The notes under the pieces: model-generated
What the model was told of the DNA's origin: nothing
What the model saw: only the letters and a program-made list of their open reading frames with translations
The model's database searches: none
From: a virus
Taxonomy: Duplodnaviria > Caudoviricetes
DNA: 64,000 nt
Virus record (IMG/VR): IMGVR_UViG_3300023047_000002
Direction: 5' to 3' (one strand)
Translations under genes and position numbers: made by a program
Shown here: positions 21,402-29,809 of the stretch, piece after piece
Numbering within the stretch: position 1 is the stretch's first letter
Layout: each line of letters begins with the position of its first letter

Positions 21402-22475
21402 TCACGGAAGATAGGGGTCGAGTATCTTTGGATTGCTTCTATACATAGAGACAAATTCATCAGTTACCCATGAGGGAAACACCCGTATCCCGTTAAACCC
21501 GCGACTGTATGTCTCACGCTCATGATGTTGATCACAAATATTCTTCATGTAAGACGACACAATAAACTTGAACGTCGTATCAACAACATCAAGACCAAGT
21601 TCTTCACAAACATCACGTGCAGTTCTAAACGATATCTTCTGATTCTGAACAGGTAGTGCATCACGAAGTTCAAGAACCATCTGTTCAAGCACAGATATCC
21701 TATCCATAACATGCTGCGGAACGTACATGCCGGTCTTACGTATGGCAGGAAGAACTTCAGAAGTCACCCACTTACGAAATGACTTTGCCTCTGGTTTATT
21801 TGAACGCATTATCAACGCGTACAAACCAGACTCTGAAATCATTGTCATGTCCTGACTGCCTCCAAGGGTGTCGGCTTTTCCTACACCCTTTTCATCAGCA
21901 TCCAATCTCGACACAGCATCACGAGAGTTGGCAATACATAAACAATCACACACATCCTTAGCGACGAACCACGGAGCATCGTCTTTTACAATAACTCGAA
22001 CCTTAAACGCATTGCTGTTGAAGTGTTTAACAAGACTGTTAGGTCTGTCCGTGTCTTGAAGATGAACACTTGACGACACACAAGAATCACTTTCGTCCTC
22101 ATAATCAACGTGTTCACATTTCGGACTATTACATAACGACCCGTCAATAAACGAGGGTTCTGAACTTTCAATGTCTTCTTTAGAGTAAAGGCTACTCACA
22201 ACTACGGTTTCAAACCAATCACGAAACAAACGACTTTGCTTAGATTTTGACTTCCTGCATAAAGTCCTGACACCATTAAGAGTCAAATAACTTCGACCAC
22301 AAGGATGACCTGACAGAACTTTATCACACATAGGAACATGAGCAAGTGCCAAATCAAGCATCTTACGGCCTATACTGAAAACAACGCAAGCCGCATCGAA
22401 TAAAGGACACTCGCCGTCAAAATCGACCGCAACATAAAACTCTTCATTCTCAAACTGCTGCACAATGAACCCCAT
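21402..22475 (-). CDS. BRO-N domain (antirepressor-like) protein
   Basis: PWFVAKDVC...ISESGLYALIMRSNKPEAKSFRKWVTSEVLPAIRKTG; second degenerate BRO-N at the N-terminus. Confidence 0.88.
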   Translation of the reverse strand: MGFIVQQFENEEFYVAVDFDGECPLFDAACVVFSIGRKMLDLALAHVPMCDKVLSGHPCGRSYLTLNGVRTLCRKSKSKQSRLFRDWFETVVVSSLYSKEDIESSEPSFIDGSLCNSPKCEHVDYEDESDSCVSSSVHLQDTDRPNSLVKHFNSNAFKVRVIVKDDAPWFVAKDVCDCLCIANSRDAVSRLDADEKGVGKADTLGGSQDMTMISESGLYALIMRSNKPEAKSFRKWVTSEVLPAIRKTGMYVPQHVMDRISVLEQMVLELRDALPVQNQKISFRTARDVCEELGLDVVDTTFKFIVSSYMKNICDQHHERETYSRGFNGIRVFPSWVTDEFVSMYRSNPKILDPYLP

Positions 22476-22478
22476 GAA

Positions 22479-23141
22479 TTACTTTATAACGAGACTGCAT
22501 AAAGATTGATTGACACCCTTTCTAGTTTCACGCTTTTCGACATTTAACGTCAACACATCCGCTTCAAGAAAGTCATCAATCCATTCATCCGACCGTACCA
22601 CGTAAAGTACATTTGCGTCTTCATCAGTAACAGAATACAGTCTAAAGTACTTACCATAAACATCTACGCCATCAGCCATGAATGAAACATGATAAGGAAC
22701 AATCGTTACCTTTCCGCAAGGAGCAAACTCATAACGCTGATTTTTTGATTTCCTGTCTTTTTTCCGGCAACCAAAATGCTGACGAAACATAAAAGCAAGA
22801 ACACACAAATCAGACTCTCGTACTGCGTGTTCGGTTCCAATGAACTTAGCCATCTCAACTAAGCGTGTCAGCAAGCGTTCCGCATTTCCATCTTTCGACA
22901 GACGTGAAATTAACGCATCGATTTCATTCAGGCATAACCTGGCTTTCTCCATACACACCTCTGATATCTCTGTGTCGATACTAACAGATCCTGTCTCTAT
23001 CGCATTTTTCACATAAGAAACAGGGTGTGGCTTCCACGACATAAAAGCATAAGCCATGTAAAGGCATGTTTTTGAAAGCGGTAAAGAAACAGACGAAGAC
23101 ACAACAGAAGCAGACAAATTCTCGACCATCGACCAACTCAA
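22479..23141 (-). CDS. Hypothetical protein
   Basis: 220-aa ORF; start uncertain, abuts the IS end at 23151. Confidence 0.55.
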   Translation of the reverse strand: MSWSMVENLSASVVSSSVSLPLSKTCLYMAYAFMSWKPHPVSYVKNAIETGSVSIDTEISEVCMEKARLCLNEIDALISRLSKDGNAERLLTRLVEMAKFIGTEHAVRESDLCVLAFMFRQHFGCRKKDRKSKNQRYEFAPCGKVTIVPYHVSFMADGVDVYGKYFRLYSVTDEDANVLYVVRSDEWIDDFLEADVLTLNVEKRETRKGVNQSLCSLVIK

Positions 23142-23150
23142 TGCACAAAG

Positions 23151-23297
23151 GTGAACTACCCACCGCCTAAAGGCAATGGACTCAAATCGAATATCTCACA
23201 AGGATTATGCCTGAATTCAACGAACAGTCCACATCGCTAGAAAAACCTAGTTTTGTTTCAATGACATCCACAGGCATAGGTTTCGATAGTTCCACGC
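23151..23297 (-). mobile_element. Degenerate IS605-family right end with omega-RNA-like scaffold
   Basis: Minus strand GTGGAACTATCGAAACCTATGCCTGTGGA...GTTCGTTGAA...CCTTTAGGCGGTGGGTAGTTCAC. Confidence 0.65.
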
Positions 23298-23346
23298 AAA
23301 TTAAAAAGCACGAACAGGCATTATCTGTTCGTGCTTTTTAATTTGC
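23296..23346. terminator. Long hairpin terminator
   Basis: GCAAATTAAAAAGCACGAACAG / CTGTTCGTGCTTTTTAATTTGC perfect inverted repeat. Confidence 0.75.
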
Positions 23347-23391
23347 ACTGTAAAGCGAAGCTAGAAATAGCTTCGCTTTGTGTTCTAAAGA

Positions 23392-25425
23392 TTAATAAAC
23401 CTTGACGATGGCAAACAAACGAGCACCGTTTTCGTTAAGGTTTACTGAATTTGCCCAATCAATGATTTGCGGGCAAGTACAGGTAAGCCGTTTACGGTCA
23501 TTTTCTGAAATCGTCGCAACGGTGTTCACCGGATTAAGTGCAGGAAGCATTTCAGGGGCAGTTTCGCCAGAAATGTAAACAGGCGAGATTTCCACGATAC
23601 AATCATCACTGAAACCCTTTGTGTTCAAACGATTGTCTGTAATTGTGATGTTTATGATTCCCATGTCTGCATCTTCTGACATTTCACAGTCAAAACATGC
23701 GGTACGACGTTTCGTTTCACCGTTAAGACCATCAGCATCAAGTATTTCAAGCATAGCCATGCAGATAGGAGCGCCTGAAATGTAGCTCGAATCACTGATG
23801 GTAAGAACGTTACGAGGATTACCATAAGAGGCATCCACAACGCTAAGAGCCAAGCCTGTATCTTTAGAATCACCCCATTCATAGAAATTCGTTGAAAGTT
23901 CATAACGTTTAACGCCATCATCAGGTTCCAAACCGGCACCGTCGCCGATGCTAAGTTTACCGTCACGGATGTCAACGCCATCAGAGCTGATACGTGTACC
24001 AGCTTTTGAATTATGAGTCAGTGTAGGATGCTGTGCGTTCCATGCGACAAGTTCTTCTTTGGCAAGATTGCGTTGTTCTGCAATTTCTGCCTCACGTTCT
24101 GCAAGGTTTTCTTCACTATGCATGTATTCTTCGGGGTCAACAAGTTTACCACCCTCTCCAATCATGCTGTCGGCGAGAGTTTGAATGTTTGTACCCAAAG
24201 CAATGTCATCGCCTTCATGGAAACCTAAAGACAGCAATGAAGCATTCAATGCGGCAAAGAATGTGTCATGGATTTCCGTTTCTGCGTCTTTCACTGTCCA
24301 CACAAAGGCATCCAAACCATAACGTAAAGAATAACCCGTTTCGGGAAGCGGCATCTGAGCAAGCCAAGAAACAGCATCACCAGAGACGCTAGGTACGATG
24401 GTTTCTTCGTCAATGGCATACATCATTTCGCCATCAATGGTGATACCTACGACGTTACCCTTTGAAGAACCACCAGCGGTTTTAATCGTACCAAACAGGA
24501 CATCACCCTCGCCATTACGCGGCAAAGCTCTCCATGTGGCGGCTTCTTCATCAAAAGTGACATCATAAAGATTGTCGTAAACGTAAATAACGTCTTCGCC
24601 GCCTTCACCCATTTCAATGGGATAAGATTCGCCAACTTCCGTGACGAACGTTCTAGTAACATCGCCGTCATCTTCTTTACCAGACTCAACAACCAGAGCG
24701 GCGTGTTGCATTTCGTATTCAACGGCTTCTACATCATCCCATGCTGTTTCACCTTCGGGCATCCATGCTTTTGTAGCATGAATATCCTGCTGAATATCAG
24801 TCTTGACGTATTTATAACCTTCTTCTCCGTCCGCAATGATAACGTCTGCTTTAATCGGAAGATTAGCTTGATCGATAACATTGCCGTCTTTGTCCAGAAG
24901 TTTAATATCACCCGTTGCTTGGTCAAACGCAATATGGAGACCGTCAAGACCGTTGATGTTTTTAAGGTCTTCAACTGTTGCGAAAGCATTGGGGTTGAAG
25001 GCAACGCTCTGGTAATTATTCACCGTAGTAATCGTGAACGAAGGATAGCAACCGTTGCCGATTTCAAAACCTTCTTTAAGGCTTGCAACAGCGATAACTT
25101 CTTCGACTTCTTCATCAAGGCGATACAGGACAAATGTTCTTGCTTCCGTTACTTCGGCTTCGTCTCCTGCTTCAAGATGACCGACAAGGCGACAATACCC
25201 AGAAGATTTGTGTTGGACAGTAACGTTAGAAGAAACCTTGTCACCGTTCTTAGCAAGAGGAAGGAATACGTTACCCTCTTCTAATGCTAAACCAGTGCCT
25301 TTGATGGCGTCAGCCATACTGACCGTACCATTCAAAGGAACGATACGCAAGGAATCAGAGTCAAGCATATCCTGACGGAAGTTACGAACAAGAACAGCGA
25401 AATCATCATAAGAAAAGTTACTCAT
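23392..25425 (-). CDS. Tail-fibre-like acidic structural protein
   Basis: ATG 25425 with AGGAG RBS; YVKTDIQQDIHATK fibre-type motif shared with the 40549-42727 gene. Confidence 0.55.
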   Translation of the reverse strand: MSNFSYDDFAVLVRNFRQDMLDSDSLRIVPLNGTVSMADAIKGTGLALEEGNVFLPLAKNGDKVSSNVTVQHKSSGYCRLVGHLEAGDEAEVTEARTFVLYRLDEEVEEVIAVASLKEGFEIGNGCYPSFTITTVNNYQSVAFNPNAFATVEDLKNINGLDGLHIAFDQATGDIKLLDKDGNVIDQANLPIKADVIIADGEEGYKYVKTDIQQDIHATKAWMPEGETAWDDVEAVEYEMQHAALVVESGKEDDGDVTRTFVTEVGESYPIEMGEGGEDVIYVYDNLYDVTFDEEAATWRALPRNGEGDVLFGTIKTAGGSSKGNVVGITIDGEMMYAIDEETIVPSVSGDAVSWLAQMPLPETGYSLRYGLDAFVWTVKDAETEIHDTFFAALNASLLSLGFHEGDDIALGTNIQTLADSMIGEGGKLVDPEEYMHSEENLAEREAEIAEQRNLAKEELVAWNAQHPTLTHNSKAGTRISSDGVDIRDGKLSIGDGAGLEPDDGVKRYELSTNFYEWGDSKDTGLALSVVDASYGNPRNVLTISDSSYISGAPICMAMLEILDADGLNGETKRRTACFDCEMSEDADMGIINITITDNRLNTKGFSDDCIVEISPVYISGETAPEMLPALNPVNTVATISENDRKRLTCTCPQIIDWANSVNLNENGARLFAIVKVY

Positions 25426-25508
25426 AAAAAAGCTCCTAAACGCCCCTGAAAATACACAAGGTAAAGACAAAAACACCCTGTGCGAAACTCTGTGAATCTA
25501 AAACATAT

Positions 25509-25716
25509 GTGAACTACCCACAGCCTAAAGGCGGTGGGCTTCAAGTTTCAACGAACAAGACTTAGCTTTCTTCTTAGTTGAATACTTGCCAGAGGTCTTA
25601 TTCTCAGTTCGCATTGTATTCCTACGTTCCATAGGAATTGAAAACCTTGTACCACAACAACAAAATTACTCGCCTTACCAACGGGCTAAAGCCCTTGGGC
25701 TTTCGGCTCGCTTTTG
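25509..25716 (-). mobile_element. Complete non-autonomous IS200/IS605 element (208 bp) with omega-RNA-like interior
   Basis: TTAC|CAAAAGCGAGCCG-AAAG-hairpin left end; GAAG-hairpin-TAGTTCAC right end; guide/cleavage pairs AAAG/TTAC and GAAG/TCAC. Confidence 0.8.
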
Positions 25717-26138
25717 GTAAAAACCACACCAACCCTAATGAAATCATGTACATGAAGCACACTACCGGAAAGAGTCAATGCTGAAATACGAAGCATGAAA
25801 CGTAAATCAGATTAAATTGAACACCAAACCACAAACCCGCATAAGGTACGTGTTGAAACGCAAGACATGTCAGGAAGTGGATTAAGTCATTACGAATGAT
25901 AATGACTGATGGAAGAGTAACCATCAAAGCACAGTCTAGTCGGGGGTATGCGTTCGATTATGTGAACTTGCCACGAATGAAACACCGTGGGTACTTTTTG
26001 AGAAAATTTCTCAAAAAGCAGGAGACAACCTCTATTAGTTATCTCTCACTATATTAGATAGAACGACCACTAAATTTTTACTGACCCACCAGGAAGTTTG
26101 GAATAAGGCACATGACACGGACGTTCTAAACATCTCCA

Positions 26139-26234
26139 CAAAAAAGTCGATCAGTAATCCCACCGACTTTAGGTTATGGGAGTACTGCTCGCGTCATGTT
26201 GAACCCTACCGACTTTAGTCTATGGGTATCTGAC
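26139..26234 (+). mobile_element. Degenerate two-hairpin IS200/IS605-type miniature element
   Basis: AATCCCACCGACTTTAGGTTATGGGAG and GAACCCTACCGACTTTAGTCTATGGGTATCTGAC. Confidence 0.55.
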
Positions 26235-26958
26235 AAGATTCATCATCCGAAATATAGCCCATGAAATGTTCGGACAACTCTTCAAGGTCATCAGCAAATG
26301 AACGCAGCTCAGAAATAAAATCCTGAATGCACTCCAAATCACAGTACTCAGGAGTATTTCCTCTCGCAAACTGAGACAAGGCTAAAAAAGTTCCGTTCTC
26401 CCCTTCCATCCTGTGCATGTTATTTAACAACGGAATGTCGCTCACGCGTTTTGAATAACGATTGTAAACGTCAAAAAGAAGTTTCAAATCATCTACATCC
26501 ACGACAACCGAATGACGCTTATAACCACACAAAGCATGTTCCATCTTGGTTATGGAACCTATCGGACGTAATACGCGTCCATCGACAGCAAGAACGTCCA
26601 ATGTGTTCGTAGCTTCGTTGAAAGACATAATCACAGGATAATCAATATCATCGAAAATGTCCAAACGGAGTCGTCCTCCACGAACATTAGACGCACTCCG
26701 TTTAAGGTTTTCAATAACGGACACATTCTCAGTCTTACGGATATAAACGCAACAAGAAAACGATGAGACACATCCATCAATGATTGCGGAGAATGTGTCT
26801 ATATACTCCAAGTCGGAGTTCTTAAGTTCGTGATTGAACACGTACTCTTGTTTTGCATTATGTACGGTTGGAAAGTCATCAATAAGATGACTTTTGCGAA
26901 GTGAATCATTATGGTTTTTGGTGTAGGACTTGATGATGTTTTCAAATCTGTAGTTCAT
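26215..26958 (-). CDS. Hypothetical protein
   Basis: 247 aa, GGAGG RBS, TGGTGCTG promoter upstream. Confidence 0.7.
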   Translation of the reverse strand: MNYRFENIIKSYTKNHNDSLRKSHLIDDFPTVHNAKQEYVFNHELKNSDLEYIDTFSAIIDGCVSSFSCCVYIRKTENVSVIENLKRSASNVRGGRLRLDIFDDIDYPVIMSFNEATNTLDVLAVDGRVLRPIGSITKMEHALCGYKRHSVVVDVDDLKLLFDVYNRYSKRVSDIPLLNNMHRMEGENGTFLALSQFARGNTPEYCDLECIQDFISELRSFADDLEELSEHFMGYISDDESCQIPID

Positions 26959-27013
26959 GTTTGCCTCCTTATGGCCTCATGTACGACGGACACCCTATCC
27001 GTCATACAAGTCA

Positions 27014-27053
27014 TTTATACCACAAGAGACAGAACACAATCGAAGCAGCACCA
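27014..27053 (-). promoter_or_regulatory. Phage promoter TGGTGCTG-N23-TGgTATAAA
   Basis: Motif family. Confidence 0.7.
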
Positions 27054-27056
27054 CAA

Positions 27057-27088
27057 AAAAAAAGGGATGCAGAACTGCATCCCTTTTT
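27057..27088 (-). terminator. Intrinsic terminator
   Basis: AAAGGGATGCAG-AA-CTGCATCCCTTTTT. Confidence 0.75.
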
Positions 27089-27108
27089 ACCATAAACGTC
27101 AACTACGA

Positions 27109-27843
27109 CTACATAACGAAATTTCCTTCAAGTGCTTTTGTGTCAATAGGTGCAGAAGGAATTGCGGGAGCTGAGGCCTGTACGTTCGACACCGTTCCAC
27201 CGTTTAGGAACGAACGGTACTTGTCAATGTTAAACCTCACACCGACAGCATCAAACAACTCATTGACATGAGCCTTCAGCGTCTCAGACACCCATTTTTT
27301 AAATTCAGGAATCTGTTGATAGAGACATGCAGAAGAACCTGCCATGGATTCAAGACCGCCAGCGAATTGTCCCGTGGTCGGCGTAAGGATCCAATCACGC
27401 GTCATGATATCGCCATTCGCAAAACTGTCTGCCATGCGTTTGTTGTATGTCTGGAAGTGAACACTCCAAACGCAGATACGAAGATTTTTCAGGCCAATAT
27501 CACTCACGATGGCACGGACAGGATCAGCAAGACCTTCATACGCCAAAACAGGGAACAGAATACGACGCGTCGTGTCCACATCAGGATTGCTTGCCATGTG
27601 TTTACAACACTCACCCTGGTCGCATAAAATCGTACCGAATCCTTTGAGATAGTGCTGCTGATATCCAAAACCACCGTCAGTCAGGAAAGCAATGCGTGTC
27701 TTACGTTGAGGATCAAGTTTGAGCTTGTTAATGGAAAATTCGTCAATGACAGAACCTGCGGGGATGTACGATGCAATCCCACCAAAGCCAATGCTGTCTG
27801 AACTGAGAAGTGATTTGACGTCGATCATAGTGTTTTCTGACAT
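27109..27843 (-). CDS. Putative ssDNA-binding protein (gp32-like, Zn-binding)
   Basis: HY...C...CC cluster, RIAFL, flexible C-terminal tail; GGAG RBS before ATG 27843. Confidence 0.45.
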   Translation of the reverse strand: MSENTMIDVKSLLSSDSIGFGGIASYIPAGSVIDEFSINKLKLDPQRKTRIAFLTDGGFGYQQHYLKGFGTILCDQGECCKHMASNPDVDTTRRILFPVLAYEGLADPVRAIVSDIGLKNLRICVWSVHFQTYNKRMADSFANGDIMTRDWILTPTTGQFAGGLESMAGSSACLYQQIPEFKKWVSETLKAHVNELFDAVGVRFNIDKYRSFLNGGTVSNVQASAPAIPSAPIDTKALEGNFVM

Positions 27844-28007
27844 TTCTTTTCTCCAAACGAAAATTAAGTTTTGTGTACTTATACGTGAGTAACCAAAATC
27901 ACGTACCCTGTCCAGAATACTGGAACTCGGACGACACTGTAACAAAAACCCGTGTGCCTCGATGTTTCTATGCGCATTCTCGAAACATCTCAGCGAACAC
28001 AAGAGGG

Positions 28008-28047
28008 GTTATAGCATAAATTTAAATCTTTTGGAACAACAGCACCA
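28008..28047 (-). promoter_or_regulatory. Phage promoter TGGTGCTG-N23-TGcTATAAC
   Basis: Motif family. Confidence 0.7.
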
Positions 28048-28066
28048 CGACGGTTGCGCTTTTTCT

Positions 28067-28498
28067 TTAAACACCCGTATGACCGAAACCTCCGGCTCCA
28101 CGTTCAGTCTCTTTTTCCACATGACCCACATGAGAAAACTTAACGGTTTCATGTTTAATGACGACCATCTGTGCGATACGATCACCGATAGCAATGATAA
28201 ACGGCGTTTGGCTCACATTGCACAGAATGACGCCGACCTCACCCGTGTAATCCGAGTCTACCGTTCCTGGGCTGTTCAGAACAAACACACCGTGCTTTGC
28301 TGCAAGACCACTGCGAGAACGAATTTCAACATGATAACCTTTCGGAATATCCATGCGTAATCCCGTCCGAATTACACGGTACTCACCAGGTAAAATCATC
28401 ACGGCTTCAGCAGAACACAAATCAGCTCCTGCGGCTTCCTCTGTAGAATAAACAGGCAGCTTGGCTGTCTCAGTCATCAACTCGATTCCAATATCCAT
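28067..28498 (-). CDS. dut: Trimeric dUTPase
   Basis: AAGADL, RSRSGLA, GTVDSDYTGE, GDRIAQ, RGAGGFGHTG. Confidence 0.95.
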   Translation of the reverse strand: MDIGIELMTETAKLPVYSTEEAAGADLCSAEAVMILPGEYRVIRTGLRMDIPKGYHVEIRSRSGLAAKHGVFVLNSPGTVDSDYTGEVGVILCNVSQTPFIIAIGDRIAQMVVIKHETVKFSHVGHVEKETERGAGGFGHTGV

Positions 28499-28507
28499 AC
28501 AATCTCC

Positions 28508-28627
28508 GAAAAAGTAACACGTCCATAAAGTGGTCTAGAATGCGTTTCTCGCGATTTTTTATTTTACCCTCATACTTACTAGGGTAAGGTCGTAACTTTT
28601 TAGTACAGGGCAAATGTTGAGGCTCTG
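28508..28627 (+). repeat. ~100-bp dispersed element, copy B
   Basis: Shares ACACGT.CATAAAG.GGTCTAGAATGCGTT and TACTTACTAGG with copy C, and the right arm with copy A. Confidence 0.65.
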
Positions 28628-28638
28628 TGTTTAAAATA

Positions 28639-29379
28639 TCACAGGGTTATTTGACATGGGATGGTCATCGTATCCCGGATACGTTTTATCTGTGTCCACA
28701 AGTTGCGTGCTTCCTGTTCGATTTCGTCTTTTGTTCTGTCCTTGTTCCAATCAAGTGTAATCACATGAGAGAACCGTGACAGGTTTGAAGTCAGCTCTCG
28801 GTACTCTGCTATAAGCCCTTCCATGTACTCACGTGGTATGCTGCTCTCGCACTTCCGTTTCTCTTTCTCACTGATACGTTGTGCAAGGCGACGCATCGAA
28901 GTGTCAGGTGATACATCCAGGTAAACAAAACATTGCGGGTACATAATCTCCCGAGACATGTTATGAAACAGCTCAAAGTAGCAGTCTGCTTCATCGTGCG
29001 TCATATCGCCGGACTTTTCGAGCTTACACACAAAAATCGAATCAGACCAGATAGAGCTGTCTGCAACAGAGTTTTCTCCATTCATTGACATCGCCTGAGC
29101 AAGACGTGTCTGCTCCAATCGTTTGTTCAAAAGGTAAATCTGAATCGTGAACGCCCATCTCGGAACGTCCTTGTAGTACGAGGCAAGAAATGGATTCTTT
29201 GAACCCTCATCGTCTTCGGTAGCAGGTTCGAACATTGTCCTGCATGGTTTACCAGTGTCTTCTTCAATCGCTTTGGATAAGGAACGACAGAAGGAAGTCT
29301 TTCCAGATGCGATGCATCCGATAACAGGAATATGAACTCCGGATGGATAAACGGCGCAGCGAAAATTTGAAATGGTCAT
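28639..29379 (-). CDS. Deoxynucleoside kinase (dNK family)
   Basis: GCIASGKTS P-loop, FEP, YYKDVPRWAF.IQIY.L..R, YLDVSP. Confidence 0.88.
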   Translation of the reverse strand: MTISNFRCAVYPSGVHIPVIGCIASGKTSFCRSLSKAIEEDTGKPCRTMFEPATEDDEGSKNPFLASYYKDVPRWAFTIQIYLLNKRLEQTRLAQAMSMNGENSVADSSIWSDSIFVCKLEKSGDMTHDEADCYFELFHNMSREIMYPQCFVYLDVSPDTSMRRLAQRISEKEKRKCESSIPREYMEGLIAEYRELTSNLSRFSHVITLDWNKDRTKDEIEQEARNLWTQIKRIRDTMTIPCQITL

Positions 29380-29402
29380 TTTGAAAATCCTCTTGCTTTG
29401 CA

Positions 29403-29449
29403 GTGAACTACCAACCGCCTAAAGGCGGTGGGCTTTCGGCTCTCTTTTG
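29403..29449 (-). mobile_element. 47-bp single-hairpin IS200/IS605 element with both left and right cleavage sites
   Basis: Minus strand TTAC|CAAAAGAGAGCCGAAAGCCCACCGCCTTTAGGCGGTTGGTAGTTCAC. Confidence 0.7.
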
Positions 29450-29590
29450 GTAAAAACTCACGGACAACGTGTACGAAACACTATGCAGTTCTGATACGAA
29501 CAATGTGGTTTTAGCAGGAACCGTAACCGGTGCACTCATGATACAGAACACGAATAAGCCAGAAAGACATTTTCGTCAACAGAGAACAGC

Positions 29591-29705
29591 GAAAAATGAA
29601 ACACGTTCATAAAGGGGTCTAGAATGCGTTCTACGAGATTTTATGGCTTAGGCATGTACTTACTAGGTCATGTTCAAAAAGTCGCGAGAACTGCATCCTA
29701 GGGCA
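29591..29705 (+). repeat. ~100-bp dispersed element, copy C (imperfect palindrome)
   Basis: CTAGAATGCGTTCTACGAGATTTT ... AAAAGTCGCGAGAACTGCATCCTAG arms around TACTTACTAGG. Confidence 0.65.
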
Positions 29706-29809
29706 CTGTATGTACGTGTTTACAGTTGAGTGATGACATATGGCTAAACTTCACCAAAGAATTCGAGATGCCTATCCACAGGTTCGCGGGAAGAGGTTAA
29801 AACCGGAGA

